Shown here one piece after another: positions 19,026 to 27,748 of a DNA stretch of 63,560 nucleotides. The notes below the pieces were generated by a model that did no database searches, was not told the DNA's origin, and was given only the letters and a program-made list of their open reading frames with translations. The position numbers and the translations under genes are program-made. Source of the DNA: a virus. The stretch lies in IMG/VR virus record IMGVR_UViG_3300000217_000002, positions 1 to 63,560 of that record. The stretch is one strand, 5' to 3'. Positions within the stretch are counted from its first letter, which is position 1, and the number at the start of each line of letters is the position of its first letter.

Positions 19026-19823
19026 ATGCCTCTAACCAATGAACGATTGATCGCAGGACGGATGGCGCTCCGGGGTTTCGCGCCGCAGCTCGACCCGGAC
19101 TGGGATTCGTGGATGAATGAAAACCTGTTGCGCATATCGGCTCTGGCTAGCCTCACTGTGATTTCGCTCAACACCGCCCTACCGGCAGACCCCCCGGCCG
19201 GATCGATTTATATTGTACCTTCCGACGCGACTTCTAACGCTAACGAAGTGGCAGTCCGGGATGACAATACTTATTCTTTCTTCGCCCCATGGCCCGGCCT
19301 ACAGGCTTGGTCGATCGCCGACGACGCGTTCTTCTTTTACAACGAAGTGAACACCGCTTGGGAAAAACTTGTACCCGAACCAGAAATTCCCGATGTGGGG
19401 ACAACCCTGCCTTCAAACCTAACAGGTCTCGCTGGCCAAAGATTCGTCGTCAACGGAGACGAAGATGGAGTCGTTGCACAGGAAGTCGCTTACGACATCC
19501 CTGTGTTTGTCGGCGGTTTTCTCGAACCGGGTGGAGGTATACGGTTTCTGATTTCCCGGGACATGTTTATCCCAACCGGGATGGCTGGTAGCAGGGCCAT
19601 GCTGACAACGCCACCGGACGCACCTCTCACTATCTCTCTGCGCCGGAACGGTGTTGAATTCGCTACTTTGGATTTCGCAACGGGCGCACCCGGAGGCACA
19701 TTCACAGGGCCGGTATCTCGTTTGGATTTCACAGCCGGAGATTTGATTGAAGTCGTCTTCCCTGACCCCGCAAACGCAGTGGCATCAGGTTTAAGCTTAA
19801 CCATCTTGGGGAATCAACGATGA
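19026..19823 (+). CDS. Fibre-associated protein (DUF2793-like pattern)
   Basis: A 265-aa ORF after the J-like gene. The N-terminal pattern ...WMNENLLRISALASL...LPADPPAGSIYIV... recalls DUF2793 fibre proteins. This is from memory and was not searched. Confidence 0.4.
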   Translation: MPLTNERLIAGRMALRGFAPQLDPDWDSWMNENLLRISALASLTVISLNTALPADPPAGSIYIVPSDATSNANEVAVRDDNTYSFFAPWPGLQAWSIADDAFFFYNEVNTAWEKLVPEPEIPDVGTTLPSNLTGLAGQRFVVNGDEDGVVAQEVAYDIPVFVGGFLEPGGGIRFLISRDMFIPTGMAGSRAMLTTPPDAPLTISLRRNGVEFATLDFATGAPGGTFTGPVSRLDFTAGDLIEVVFPDPANAVASGLSLTILGNQR

Positions 19824-20836
19824 CTATTCTTTTCCATGCCACCGAACTGTCGGCTTTCGCCCCCACGGGGGTAGAAACCTCTGTCAATTCTGGATCACCG
19901 ATTTCTCACCGAACCGATGCTAACGAGTTTTCTGCTAGTTTCTCCCGAGCCTCCATAGGCATAGACGGCGGTTCGGTAGTCCGTTCCGAGACCTATGCAC
20001 CGCAGGATAATATCTGGTTCCACGCGGTAGCGGACCCGACTACTACTGCTCAAGTTGACAGCTTCATGTTTGGTTTCTTCGACCAGAACGGGTCCCTGTG
20101 CGCCGGTATCGACACCAATAACGGGGCTCCGTTTATATCTGTACGACCCAGTGTCGGCGGGTCTTTCGGTCAGGTAGGCAACACCATTCCCGCCCTGACA
20201 TCGAACGCCCTTGTCACTATAGATATTAACATTGATTTCCGTGGAACCCAGCCTCGCATTGATCTGTATACGAATGGAATTCTAGCTGAGTCTGTATTCA
20301 CTGATTTGTTCGGCAGTGCTAGCGCTTCTACGGGTGTGACTGGCTTCGATCTACGAGACCCCGGGGCGTCTTCGAACGAAATCGAATATTCGGAAATCAT
20401 CTTTGCGAACCAACCCACTTTAGGGATGAGAGTCCGCACTCTTCCGATTGTAGGCAACGGTGATTTCGCCAATTTCAGCGGGGATGTGAACGATGTGGCG
20501 GGCCTTCAACCAAATCAACCCGGGCTCACCAGCGCTGTGGCGGGCGAAGAACATTCGTTTCTACTGGAAGACCTCGGCCCGGAGGCCGCGCTTCTAAACC
20601 CCATATCGGTCGCTTACCATGTCGAATTCCAGCCGAGCACCGATCCAACAGAACCGCAGAACTTGGCATCAGGGCTGCGAATCGGTACTCAGAACTTCGC
20701 CTTCCTTCTGCCATCAGCCAACGCTGGTCTCAACCAAGGCTCCATCATATTTGATTTTAACAACCCTGCGACTGGCTTGCCGTGGACTTTGGCCGACATC
20801 AACGGTTTGCAGGGATATAACAGGAGTGAGCCATGA
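19820..20836 (+). CDS. Hypothetical tail fibre-associated protein
   Basis: A 338-aa ORF translationally coupled (ATGA) to both neighbours. Confidence 0.5.
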   Translation: MTILFHATELSAFAPTGVETSVNSGSPISHRTDANEFSASFSRASIGIDGGSVVRSETYAPQDNIWFHAVADPTTTAQVDSFMFGFFDQNGSLCAGIDTNNGAPFISVRPSVGGSFGQVGNTIPALTSNALVTIDINIDFRGTQPRIDLYTNGILAESVFTDLFGSASASTGVTGFDLRDPGASSNEIEYSEIIFANQPTLGMRVRTLPIVGNGDFANFSGDVNDVAGLQPNQPGLTSAVAGEEHSFLLEDLGPEAALLNPISVAYHVEFQPSTDPTEPQNLASGLRIGTQNFAFLLPSANAGLNQGSIIFDFNNPATGLPWTLADINGLQGYNRSEP

Positions 20837-21033
20837 CAGAAGTAAGACGATCCCAAGCCTCCGTGGTTTTATCGCCGCCGACAGGCGTACGCATTCCGCG
20901 GGCACAGGCGTCTGTCGTATTGTCCCCCACCTCGTCTCTCAGAGTCGTTCGTGCGCAGGTATCCGTCGTATTGAGCCCGACGGCCCCGGTGCCCGTTACC
21001 GAACCCGTTAATGCATTCATATTACCTGCGTAA
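20833..21033 (+). CDS. Small protein built from three ~17-aa repeats
   Basis: RSQASVVLSP / RAQASVVLSP / RAQVSVVLSP at a 51-nt period, with the copies differing at synonymous sites. This is the last ORF of the tail operon. Confidence 0.45.
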   Translation: MTEVRRSQASVVLSPPTGVRIPRAQASVVLSPTSSLRVVRAQVSVVLSPTAPVPVTEPVNAFILPA

Positions 21034-21089
21034 CTTGACTGTGTGCACGCTTACGTGTTGTAACTGTGAAACCCTATTAGGAGCCCACC

Positions 21090-22280
21090 ATGAGCCATGC
21101 CTCTAGCCGGACTGTAATTGATCCGAACCTACGTGAATTCGCCACCACCCGCCAAGCTGAAATTCTGGATGCATTGATCGCCGCCGACGGCAATGGTCGC
21201 AAAGCTGCCGAAGCGTTGGGCATAAACAACACCACGGTATATCGCAGTTACCAATCGCTGAAGAGAATGGCGGCCCGTAGAGGATACGCCCCCGAAGGTG
21301 ACATGGCACACGCCGTACCGGATGGTTTCAAAGTCAAAGGTACCTCGACTCTTTATGACAAGAATGGTGATGTGAAAATACAGTGGGTGAAGACCAACGA
21401 AGACCGAGAACGTCAGTTGGAAATCATTCAACAAGTCATCGCTTCCATGTCCGAAGAGATGCCTCGTTTCCCAGCGCTACCAGCCCCGACCGAGACCCGC
21501 GCTGATCTACTGAATCTCTACACCATGACCGATTGCCACATGGGCATGTTAGCATGGGGCGAAGAGACGTTGGGATCGGATTGGGATTTGGATATCGCGG
21601 AACGCACTCTGACTGGCTGCTTCGCCGGTATGATTGACGCCGCCCCTGCCGCCGACGAGTGTATAGTGGCACAGCTTGGTGATTTCTTACACTACGACGG
21701 ATTGGAAGCCATGACCCCTACCAGCGGCCATATCCTCGACGCTGACAGCCGGTTCGCCAAACTGGTATCGGTCGCGGTAAGATGTCTTCGCCGCCTCGTG
21801 GACATGGCTCTGGCCAAACACAACACTGTTTACGTCCTGATGGCCGAAGGCAATCACGACATCGCATCATCAGTTTGGTTGCGTACGATCTTTGCAGCGC
21901 TCTACGAAGACGAGCCGCGAGTCCATATGATCCACTCGGAAAACCCGTATTACGCCCACCAGTTCGGTAAGAATATGCTGTTCTGGCATCACGGCCACAA
22001 GAAAACACCAGACGGTTTGCCTAATTTGATCGCGGCCATGTACCGCAAGATGTGGGGAGATACCGACCGGTGTTATGCCCACACTGGTGACAAACACCAC
22101 CGGTATCTTAAAGAACACCCGGGTGTCGTTGTCGAACAACACGGCACCTTGGCTCCACCGGACGCTTATGCTACAAGAGGCGGGTGGATGTCCTCGCAAG
22201 AGGCCGTGGCCATCACTTACCACCGCGAATGGGGTGAGGCTTGTCGGAACATCATAACCCCGGCCATGGTGGCCCTGTAA
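21090..22280 (+). CDS. HTH domain fused to a calcineurin-like metallophosphoesterase
   Basis: The N-terminus (RQAEILDALIAADGNGRKAAEALGINNTTVYRSY) is HTH-like. Metallophosphatase motifs follow in order: TDCHMG, LGDFLHYDG, EGNHD, WHHGH, TGDKHH. AGGAG RBS. Confidence 0.65.
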   Translation: MSHASSRTVIDPNLREFATTRQAEILDALIAADGNGRKAAEALGINNTTVYRSYQSLKRMAARRGYAPEGDMAHAVPDGFKVKGTSTLYDKNGDVKIQWVKTNEDRERQLEIIQQVIASMSEEMPRFPALPAPTETRADLLNLYTMTDCHMGMLAWGEETLGSDWDLDIAERTLTGCFAGMIDAAPAADECIVAQLGDFLHYDGLEAMTPTSGHILDADSRFAKLVSVAVRCLRRLVDMALAKHNTVYVLMAEGNHDIASSVWLRTIFAALYEDEPRVHMIHSENPYYAHQFGKNMLFWHHGHKKTPDGLPNLIAAMYRKMWGDTDRCYAHTGDKHHRYLKEHPGVVVEQHGTLAPPDAYATRGGWMSSQEAVAITYHREWGEACRNIITPAMVAL

Positions 22281-22293
22281 AGAGACAAACGTC

Positions 22294-22794
22294 ATGACCT
22301 ACAAGCCCAAATTCTATAGCGACGCAGAACTTCACGGCCAACGACCTTTCTGTACCGACACGATCCTTCAGATCAACGACCAGTTCCGGAAATTCTGGGG
22401 GGCCGCTTGTCTGGTATCGCCGGTACCCGGAGCGGTTGCCCGGTTCGGAGCGCCTAAATCGAAGTCGCAACACAGCGTCGATTTCTGGGGAGACTGTAAC
22501 GCCACCGATCTCTTCCCTACCGGTTTGAACCCTAACGATCTGGACCAGTGGTTCCGTGTTTTGGAATGTGCCCGGCGCGCCGGGGCATCCGGGGTAGGGC
22601 TTTACCCGCAAGCCCGGGCCGGGCGTCACCAAGGTATGGTACATCTGGACGGTCGCCACATTCGCTCGGGAGAAGACAACACCCCCGAATCACCGGCTAA
22701 GTGGGTCGCGTTCCGGAAACGGATCGGATCGGGGTGGTCTTACAAAGGTGTCTCCGAGCTGGAGAACCGAATCGAAAAAGGAGTACGTTTCTAA
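22294..22794 (+). CDS. Endolysin, peptidase M15 (zinc D-Ala-D-Ala / L-Ala-D-Glu peptidase type)
   Basis: SQHSVDFWGDCNATD ... GMVHLD matches the H-x-D...H zinc-binding arrangement of M15 peptidases. It is followed by the spanin genes. Confidence 0.7.
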   Translation: MTYKPKFYSDAELHGQRPFCTDTILQINDQFRKFWGAACLVSPVPGAVARFGAPKSKSQHSVDFWGDCNATDLFPTGLNPNDLDQWFRVLECARRAGASGVGLYPQARAGRHQGMVHLDGRHIRSGEDNTPESPAKWVAFRKRIGSGWSYKGVSELENRIEKGVRF

Positions 22795-23252
22795 TGGGCC
22801 TTATCTTGACAAATATTTTCCGTCAGTACGGTGCGCCGGTTCTAGCGATCGGCTTGGCTTCCCTTTATGTATGGACCCTCAACATCCAGAATGACAGACT
22901 TCGGGAAGAAGTCACGAAAGCCGAAGGCCGAGAAGCGACGTACATTCTTAACGCACGAAGCAATGCCGCCGAACTGGCAGGTCTTCGGGTTCGACTCGAA
23001 GCCGAACAAACGCTATCACTCGTTCGACTCGAAGCCGAACAAGACCGCCGTAGCGCGGCAGAAACACGTAACACAAGATTTTCAGGAGCTATCAATGAAC
23101 TTCGTATTCAATTGGAAGGTCAAGAGTGCGGCGTTGGCCCTGCTCTTAGCAACGGGTTGCTCATCAACCGGGAAGAACGTGAGGCCGGTCGACGATCCCG
23201 TGAGGCCGCAATTATCTCAAGTACAAGAGCAAGCGTGCAGCCCGGCGGGTGA
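22794..23252 (+). CDS. i-spanin (Rz-like)
   Basis: It has an N-terminal TM segment (GAPVLAIGLASLYVWTL) followed by a charged coiled coil. TAATG couples it to the endolysin gene. It contains an in-frame 21-nt direct repeat (VRLEAEQ twice). Confidence 0.65.
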   Translation: MGLILTNIFRQYGAPVLAIGLASLYVWTLNIQNDRLREEVTKAEGREATYILNARSNAAELAGLRVRLEAEQTLSLVRLEAEQDRRSAAETRNTRFSGAINELRIQLEGQECGVGPALSNGLLINREEREAGRRSREAAIISSTRASVQPGG

Positions 23253-23454
23253 TCTACTTCGTCCCACTGAACCAGAACCAGCTCTACCCGCCCCAAGAGA
23301 CGCGGAGCAGGGGTACCAACCTGATGAATTATATGAGCATTCTGAACGCGTAGCCGAGTGGGGTTCTCGCGGTTGGAACCGTGTGTTAGACTGGATTGAC
23401 AGAGAAGTGACTTTAGGTTCTTGCATTCGCAGTGTAGAGGTGCTTGAAGAGTAA
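23095..23454 (+). CDS. o-spanin lipoprotein (Rz1-like), overlapping the 3' end of the i-spanin gene in another frame
   Basis: MNFVFNWKVKSAALALLLATGC has a signal peptide and a lipobox-like Cys. The mature part is Pro-rich (PVDDPVRPQ...PTEPEPALPAP). Confidence 0.65.
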   Translation: MNFVFNWKVKSAALALLLATGCSSTGKNVRPVDDPVRPQLSQVQEQACSPAGDLLRPTEPEPALPAPRDAEQGYQPDELYEHSERVAEWGSRGWNRVLDWIDREVTLGSCIRSVEVLEE

Positions 23455-23486
23455 GTACTTCCTTTTCTTATTTTTGGAGACTACCC

Positions 23487-23792
23487 ATGGACCTTAACGC
23501 TGCCGCCGCATGGATAATGGAACAACTGCTCGTCCCGGGCACGGCAGTGGGCGTCCTCCTCGGCCTTGCCGGTACGGTCCTCGCCCAATCCAAGGGTTAC
23601 ATCCAGACAGGATCGAATGCCAAAGCTATCGCCGATCTAAAAGCCGAGAACGCCAAACTCGTTGCAGAACTCCAGTCCGCCCTCGAAAGAGTGGAAGAAC
23701 TGGCCGCCCGTTTAGCGCCTTGGGAAGAGTTCCAAGGGAAACTTATGGCCGCCGCCCTAGCCGAAAAAGTGAAAGGGTCCGGCGATGCTTAG
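23487..23792 (+). CDS. Membrane protein (holin or lysis-regulator candidate)
   Basis: The ORF is 101 aa, with one TM segment (VPGTAVGVLLGLAGTVLA) and a coiled-coil tail. It is adjacent to the lysis cassette. Confidence 0.45.
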   Translation: MDLNAAAAWIMEQLLVPGTAVGVLLGLAGTVLAQSKGYIQTGSNAKAIADLKAENAKLVAELQSALERVEELAARLAPWEEFQGKLMAAALAEKVKGSGDA

Positions 23793-24021
23793 CCTATCCC
23801 ACATCCCCATCATATCGGCTCTCGTCAACAACATGGACGAGGGTTTTGTGGTCTACGATGACCAAGGTGAAATCGTTTTCAGTAATCCAGTCGGACAATG
23901 TTGTCTCAAAGGACACAAGACGTTCAAAGATATACTTCCTACTGAGGTTCTGGTCGACGGCAAGATGTACGTGTCCAAACTCTATGTCATAGATCATGGC
24001 CAAGGCGGCTGCGCCTGCTAG
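23785..24021 (+). CDS. Hypothetical protein
   Basis: A 78-aa ORF overlapping the previous stop. It is the last rightward ORF before the strand switch. Confidence 0.4.
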   Translation: MLSLSHIPIISALVNNMDEGFVVYDDQGEIVFSNPVGQCCLKGHKTFKDILPTEVLVDGKMYVSKLYVIDHGQGGCAC

Positions 24022-24326
24022 ATGGAAGTATCTCGCGCAGCGGACGCTGGGGTTACCGGGATCGGCGCGCAGTGTGCTTCAGTATCCCGGGTCGGATGAC
24101 CTTTAGCCAGAACGCATAAGACACCCGGGATTTCCGGATGAGGGAAGGCAACGCCCGAAGGATAGACCCAAACAGGAATCTCATCGGAAGGCTGCGCGGA
24201 GGCTTTGCTATTCAAAACGGCCACGGTTCCGTATCCAACAATCAAAGTACAAAGACAGACGCCGAGAAAAGTCAACGTCAACCTAGTTGCTTCGTCGCGA
24301 AAATATCTGATTAAAGTCGTGAGCAT
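24018..24326 (-). CDS. Secreted or membrane-anchored hypothetical protein
   Basis: The ATG at 24326 is preceded by AAGGAG. The signal-like N-terminus LTFLGVCLCTLIVGYGTVAVLNSKASA is followed by a Pro-rich segment. Confidence 0.45.
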   Translation of the reverse strand: MLTTLIRYFRDEATRLTLTFLGVCLCTLIVGYGTVAVLNSKASAQPSDEIPVWVYPSGVAFPHPEIPGVLCVLAKGHPTRDTEAHCAPIPVTPASAARDTSI

Positions 24327-24361
24327 AGGACGCTCCTTTCTGGGTTCTGTCCATCCCAGTG

Positions 24362-24670
24362 TCACCCGCTAACTACCGGTCTGTCAAGCGACACGATCGG
24401 AAATGTTTTCATTTCGAAGGGTTGACTTATCTCTGCACTCCACTTCCGCAGTTCATCAAAAGCTTCTTCCCGCGAATCAAAATGACCCCAGCATTTCCGA
24501 AGCCACTTGGCGCAGTCGAACTTGTGTGCTTGCAAAGACTCCATCGACGGGTGGACCTTGACCTTCCCGGACACGGCGCACCGGGCGACGACCAGTTCTA
24601 TGTCGAAAGCCTCATACGCGCGCGGCTGGGCCGGTAGGTGAACGTGGTGTCGGAAAACTTGCAAGGTCAT
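24362..24670 (-). CDS. Hypothetical protein
   Basis: I prefer the internal ATG (MTLQVFRHH...) because the longer track ORF would overlap the methylase gene. An AT-rich region of small palindromes lies upstream. Confidence 0.4.
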   Translation of the reverse strand: MTLQVFRHHVHLPAQPRAYEAFDIELVVARCAVSGKVKVHPSMESLQAHKFDCAKWLRKCWGHFDSREEAFDELRKWSAEISQPFEMKTFPIVSLDRPVVSG

Positions 24671-24755
24671 TTCAATTTTCGAAAACTTTGGTTTTTTCAG
24701 GCGAAATATTCGCGATTCTGGCGGAAATTTTTTCCACCTATTTTTTGAAAATAGG

Positions 24756-25436
24756 TTATCCGAGTAAATCGTCCAAATCACGATCTATCTGCAAATCCGC
24801 ATCAAACTTCCCGGTCTGGTTGCCCCAACTATCCCATCCCTCGCGTGATTCGCGACTGAACATTTCCAGACGTCTGACGTCGCCGAAAAGCGCGGCGGCG
24901 CGCTCGTAGGCTTCGTCCGGTTTCCGGCTGTGTTCGCGCAACCGGCTCACGATCTGTTTGGGGTCCTCTTCCGCTATTAAGCGTCGAATCCCGTGATCCA
25001 GAACCTTCGGAATCTTCTTTGTCCGGCATAGCAGACAAATCTCCGGGTTGGCCCGGGTGTAGAAGCCCATGCCGACCGCAAAGCCGTCTGATTTTTTGTT
25101 GAGCTTGGCCCAGTGAAAACCGATTGTGCTGTAGGTGAAACCCCATGACTTTATTACCTCTTGTGCTTGAAAGAGGTGGGTATCTGTCACCCAAAGCATT
25201 AGAACGCAACCATCGGGCGACACAATGTCGCGCACGGGGAGGTTTTTGATCCATTCGAGGTCTTGCACATCGTAATGGTGTGCCGCCGCCCTTTCGGTCA
25301 CCCCCTTGTCGGTTCGAGCTTTGAAGTTCCATGGCGGATCGGCCATGATGAGTTGGTATCGCTTCAACGGATCGGGCTCTCCGGTGAATTCTTGCGTCGC
25401 CGGAGCTTCGCGTAAGCTGTCAAAAGGGTGTGTCAT
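24756..25436 (-). CDS. MT-A70 family N6-adenine DNA methyltransferase
   Basis: It has the catalytic motif IMADPPWNF, and its length (226 aa) is typical of phage MT-A70 enzymes. Confidence 0.8.
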   Translation of the reverse strand: MTHPFDSLREAPATQEFTGEPDPLKRYQLIMADPPWNFKARTDKGVTERAAAHHYDVQDLEWIKNLPVRDIVSPDGCVLMLWVTDTHLFQAQEVIKSWGFTYSTIGFHWAKLNKKSDGFAVGMGFYTRANPEICLLCRTKKIPKVLDHGIRRLIAEEDPKQIVSRLREHSRKPDEAYERAAALFGDVRRLEMFSRESREGWDSWGNQTGKFDADLQIDRDLDDLLG

Positions 25437-25789
25437 CCGAGCATATCCATCAAGTCGTCATCAAGGCTTTGGTCTGGGCGGGGTAGGCTGACAGGAGATG
25501 AGGGGGCTGAGCTATCGCCGCTCCCAGCTTCGCCATCAGACGCCGTTCGAACTTCGCGAAGTCGAGGTTTGTCAAACTCATACTGTCTGGTTCTGCCGGT
25601 GACCCGTAAGAGACTTTCTTTGAGGTCGGCAAGGCACCCCGGAATGTCATCACCGACTCCAACCGCGATAGAACCATCGGGGTTTTTGCAGGACCAATCC
25701 AGACGTCCGTCAGTATGTCGGACGGAGATGCTGAGACGGGAGAATTTCCCGGCGTTTCCAAGTTTCCGTAAGAAATCTTCATCAATCAT
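25433..25789 (-). CDS. Hypothetical protein with an acidic C-terminal DDDLMDMLG tail
   Basis: A 118-aa ORF coupled by ATGA to the methylase gene. Confidence 0.5.
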   Translation of the reverse strand: MIDEDFLRKLGNAGKFSRLSISVRHTDGRLDWSCKNPDGSIAVGVGDDIPGCLADLKESLLRVTGRTRQYEFDKPRLREVRTASDGEAGSGDSSAPSSPVSLPRPDQSLDDDLMDMLG

Positions 25790-26021
25790 ACCTTGTAAAT
25801 CTCGACACTACTGGCCCGGGCAACGTATGCGCTACCTGTTGTTCGGTCATCCAAAAACCGTTAGTTTTATCTCCAATATCGACAGTGTACAAAGCCATTC
25901 GGTATTTCTCCTCGTCGGGAGAACACCATTCGATAACACGGGAAAACTTGAACTCAATATAACCTATTTCTATAATTTCCGGGCAAACAGGGACTAATTC
26001 TCCTAGACGTCGATCCATCAA
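25782..26021 (-). CDS. Hypothetical protein
   Basis: A 79-aa ORF overlapping both neighbours. Confidence 0.45.
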   Translation of the reverse strand: MMDRRLGELVPVCPEIIEIGYIEFKFSRVIEWCSPDEEKYRMALYTVDIGDKTNGFWMTEQQVAHTLPGPVVSRFTRYD

Positions 26022-26290
26022 ATCTCTCCCAAAGCCAACAGATATACATCCAGAATGGCTTCCTGTTCTTCGCGCTGGGCTCTATCGACTTTCCGCATAC
26101 GGATCAAAGTGCGTAACGCTTTGGTGTCATATCCGAAAGCTTTGGCCTCGCCGTACACTTCCTTAATTTGCGTAGCGACTTCAGCCTTCTCCTCTTCAAG
26201 ACGTTCGATCCTAGCCACGGTTTGGCGTAGCTTTTCACGAGCCGTCTCTGTCAAAGAGTTGTGGCCTATTCCTGCGGTATCGTCGGTCAT
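26018..26290 (-). CDS. GapR-like nucleoid-associated protein (DUF2312/UPF0335)
   Basis: LRQTVARIERLEEEKAEVATQIKEVYGEAKAFGYDTKALRTLIRMRK...EEQEAILDVYLLALG closely follows the Caulobacter GapR pattern as I recall it. Confidence 0.75.
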   Translation of the reverse strand: MTDDTAGIGHNSLTETAREKLRQTVARIERLEEEKAEVATQIKEVYGEAKAFGYDTKALRTLIRMRKVDRAQREEQEAILDVYLLALGEI

Positions 26291-26517
26291 TGTAGTACCA
26301 CTTTCTTTTGTTTTAATTCATTTAGATATTGACGGTATAGTTCTTTCGCATAACGCGCCGCCTCAAAACGGTATTCAAATCTACCGCTTACGGCGTCCCA
26401 CTCGTCATATTCGGAATCGCTTTTCTTCTTCTGAACGAAGAATAAGTGGGTTGGGTGGGGTGATTGGATAACCCTAAAGACCCCTCCGAATTTTAATTTC
26501 TTTTGCCAAAACATCAC
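26287..26517 (-). CDS. Hypothetical protein
   Basis: A 76-aa ORF, translationally coupled. Confidence 0.45.
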   Translation of the reverse strand: MMFWQKKLKFGGVFRVIQSPHPTHLFFVQKKKSDSEYDEWDAVSGRFEYRFEAARYAKELYRQYLNELKQKKVVLQ

Positions 26518-27113
26518 GACGGTTTCCTATCGAGGTTGTCCGGCATCTCCGAAGTAGCCCCTTCGGTATAGGGAACTCCGAGATCATTGAAATACTGCTT
26601 CGCCTTGACCCAGAGGCCGTCGCGCGCACCTTCAACGACTTTCCAGAAACCCCACTTCTGTCGCACGCGTCCGCGAAGCACCAACGTCCACATGGTTTTT
26701 GCTGGGGGAGCCCCCAGATCGCCAGCCGGGTGCGGCATAACCAAATAACCGTCACCGGTCCAACGGTACCGATCGCGAAGGGCTTCCTTGGGGTAATACG
26801 GCCCCAAGATGCGATGGGTATATCTGGCCTTACGGAAATGAAACCGCCACGCCTTCACGATATTGAGTTCTTTGAAATACCGGCCATCGCGGTATTCCAG
26901 AACCTCCTCAACATACGGCGTTAGAGGGAAAGTGATAAACCACCATGGATGGTCATGACAGTCGCGCTGCAAATCCCCTCGGTGCATCTGGTGCAACCGG
27001 AGGTTCCCGATAAACCATCGGGTCATGTAGGGGAGGCCGGTACTCGGATCATGGAGTTTTGATTTACCGAACAATTTCCGGTGCGTCGTCCCGTTGGGCT
27101 TAATTTGTTGCAT
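26514..27113 (-). CDS. Hypothetical protein with a conserved-looking HDHPW motif
   Basis: The ATG at 27113 is preceded by GAGGAG. YMTRWFIGNLRLHQMHRGDLQRDCHDHPWWF resembles a widespread phage family of unknown function. Confidence 0.5.
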   Translation of the reverse strand: MQQIKPNGTTHRKLFGKSKLHDPSTGLPYMTRWFIGNLRLHQMHRGDLQRDCHDHPWWFITFPLTPYVEEVLEYRDGRYFKELNIVKAWRFHFRKARYTHRILGPYYPKEALRDRYRWTGDGYLVMPHPAGDLGAPPAKTMWTLVLRGRVRQKWGFWKVVEGARDGLWVKAKQYFNDLGVPYTEGATSEMPDNLDRKPS

Positions 27114-27373
27114 CGTCGGACAGCTCCTCGGTCTCAATGGTCCGCCAAAAAAGAATTTCGAACGGCCCTACGTTGATTTCGTACATACCGCCGAAACAAC
27201 CCGGAGAGTGCTCGAAAGAAAGGGGTAGCGCCCACTTCCTCCAGTTGATTGAAAAGACAAAAGACATTTTTAGGACTCCGCATGAGTGTTATTATGGGAC
27301 AAGTTCTTAAACTAGAAGCTGGACACATTCAAGTCCCATGCCGTATAACCCTTCCAAACCATGGAGTTTCCTC

Positions 27374-27736
27374 ATGTCCGATCAGACCTTCAAATGCTTC
27401 CCGATCCGCCCGGGGTTCCCGTATTCCTTTCCATTGGGGCCTCAAAAGACCGACCCGGATAACCCGGCCTTTCCCGCGGGCGCGGAATACGCGGCGCGGA
27501 TCACGTCAAACATCGACGATCCGGCCAACGGCGGAACCATCACCACGGGAGCCGGGGAGATCATTCGCGAAGATAACCAACTAACTCTGAATTTCCCCGC
27601 AACCATCACTGCGGCTCTGGTGAACGGTGGCAGTATCGCCTCGTTCGACATCACCCGAACCGATGCCGGAAACGAAGAGCATTTGAATATCGAAGTCGAC
27701 ATCCCGTTGCAAAGATCAATCACGCCACCTAGCTAG
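27374..27736 (+). CDS. Hypothetical protein, first gene of the second fibre module
   Basis: The ATG at 27374 is preceded by GGAG (the track starts at 27338). Confidence 0.45.
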   Translation: MSDQTFKCFPIRPGFPYSFPLGPQKTDPDNPAFPAGAEYAARITSNIDDPANGGTITTGAGEIIREDNQLTLNFPATITAALVNGGSIASFDITRTDAGNEEHLNIEVDIPLQRSITPPS

Positions 27737-27748
27737 GAGTAGCCACCG

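Noticed and set aside
22701-22793. Upstream extension of the i-spanin ORF
   Set aside because: It overlaps the endolysin 3' end in another frame. The ATG at 22794 forms a TAATG junction and starts right at the TM segment.
27134-27328. 64-aa minus-strand ORF in the 27.1-27.4 kb divergent spacer
   Set aside because: It has no RBS and an Arg/Cys/Phe-rich composition. The region is more plausibly the promoter spacer between the leftward block and the second fibre module. I left it unannotated.
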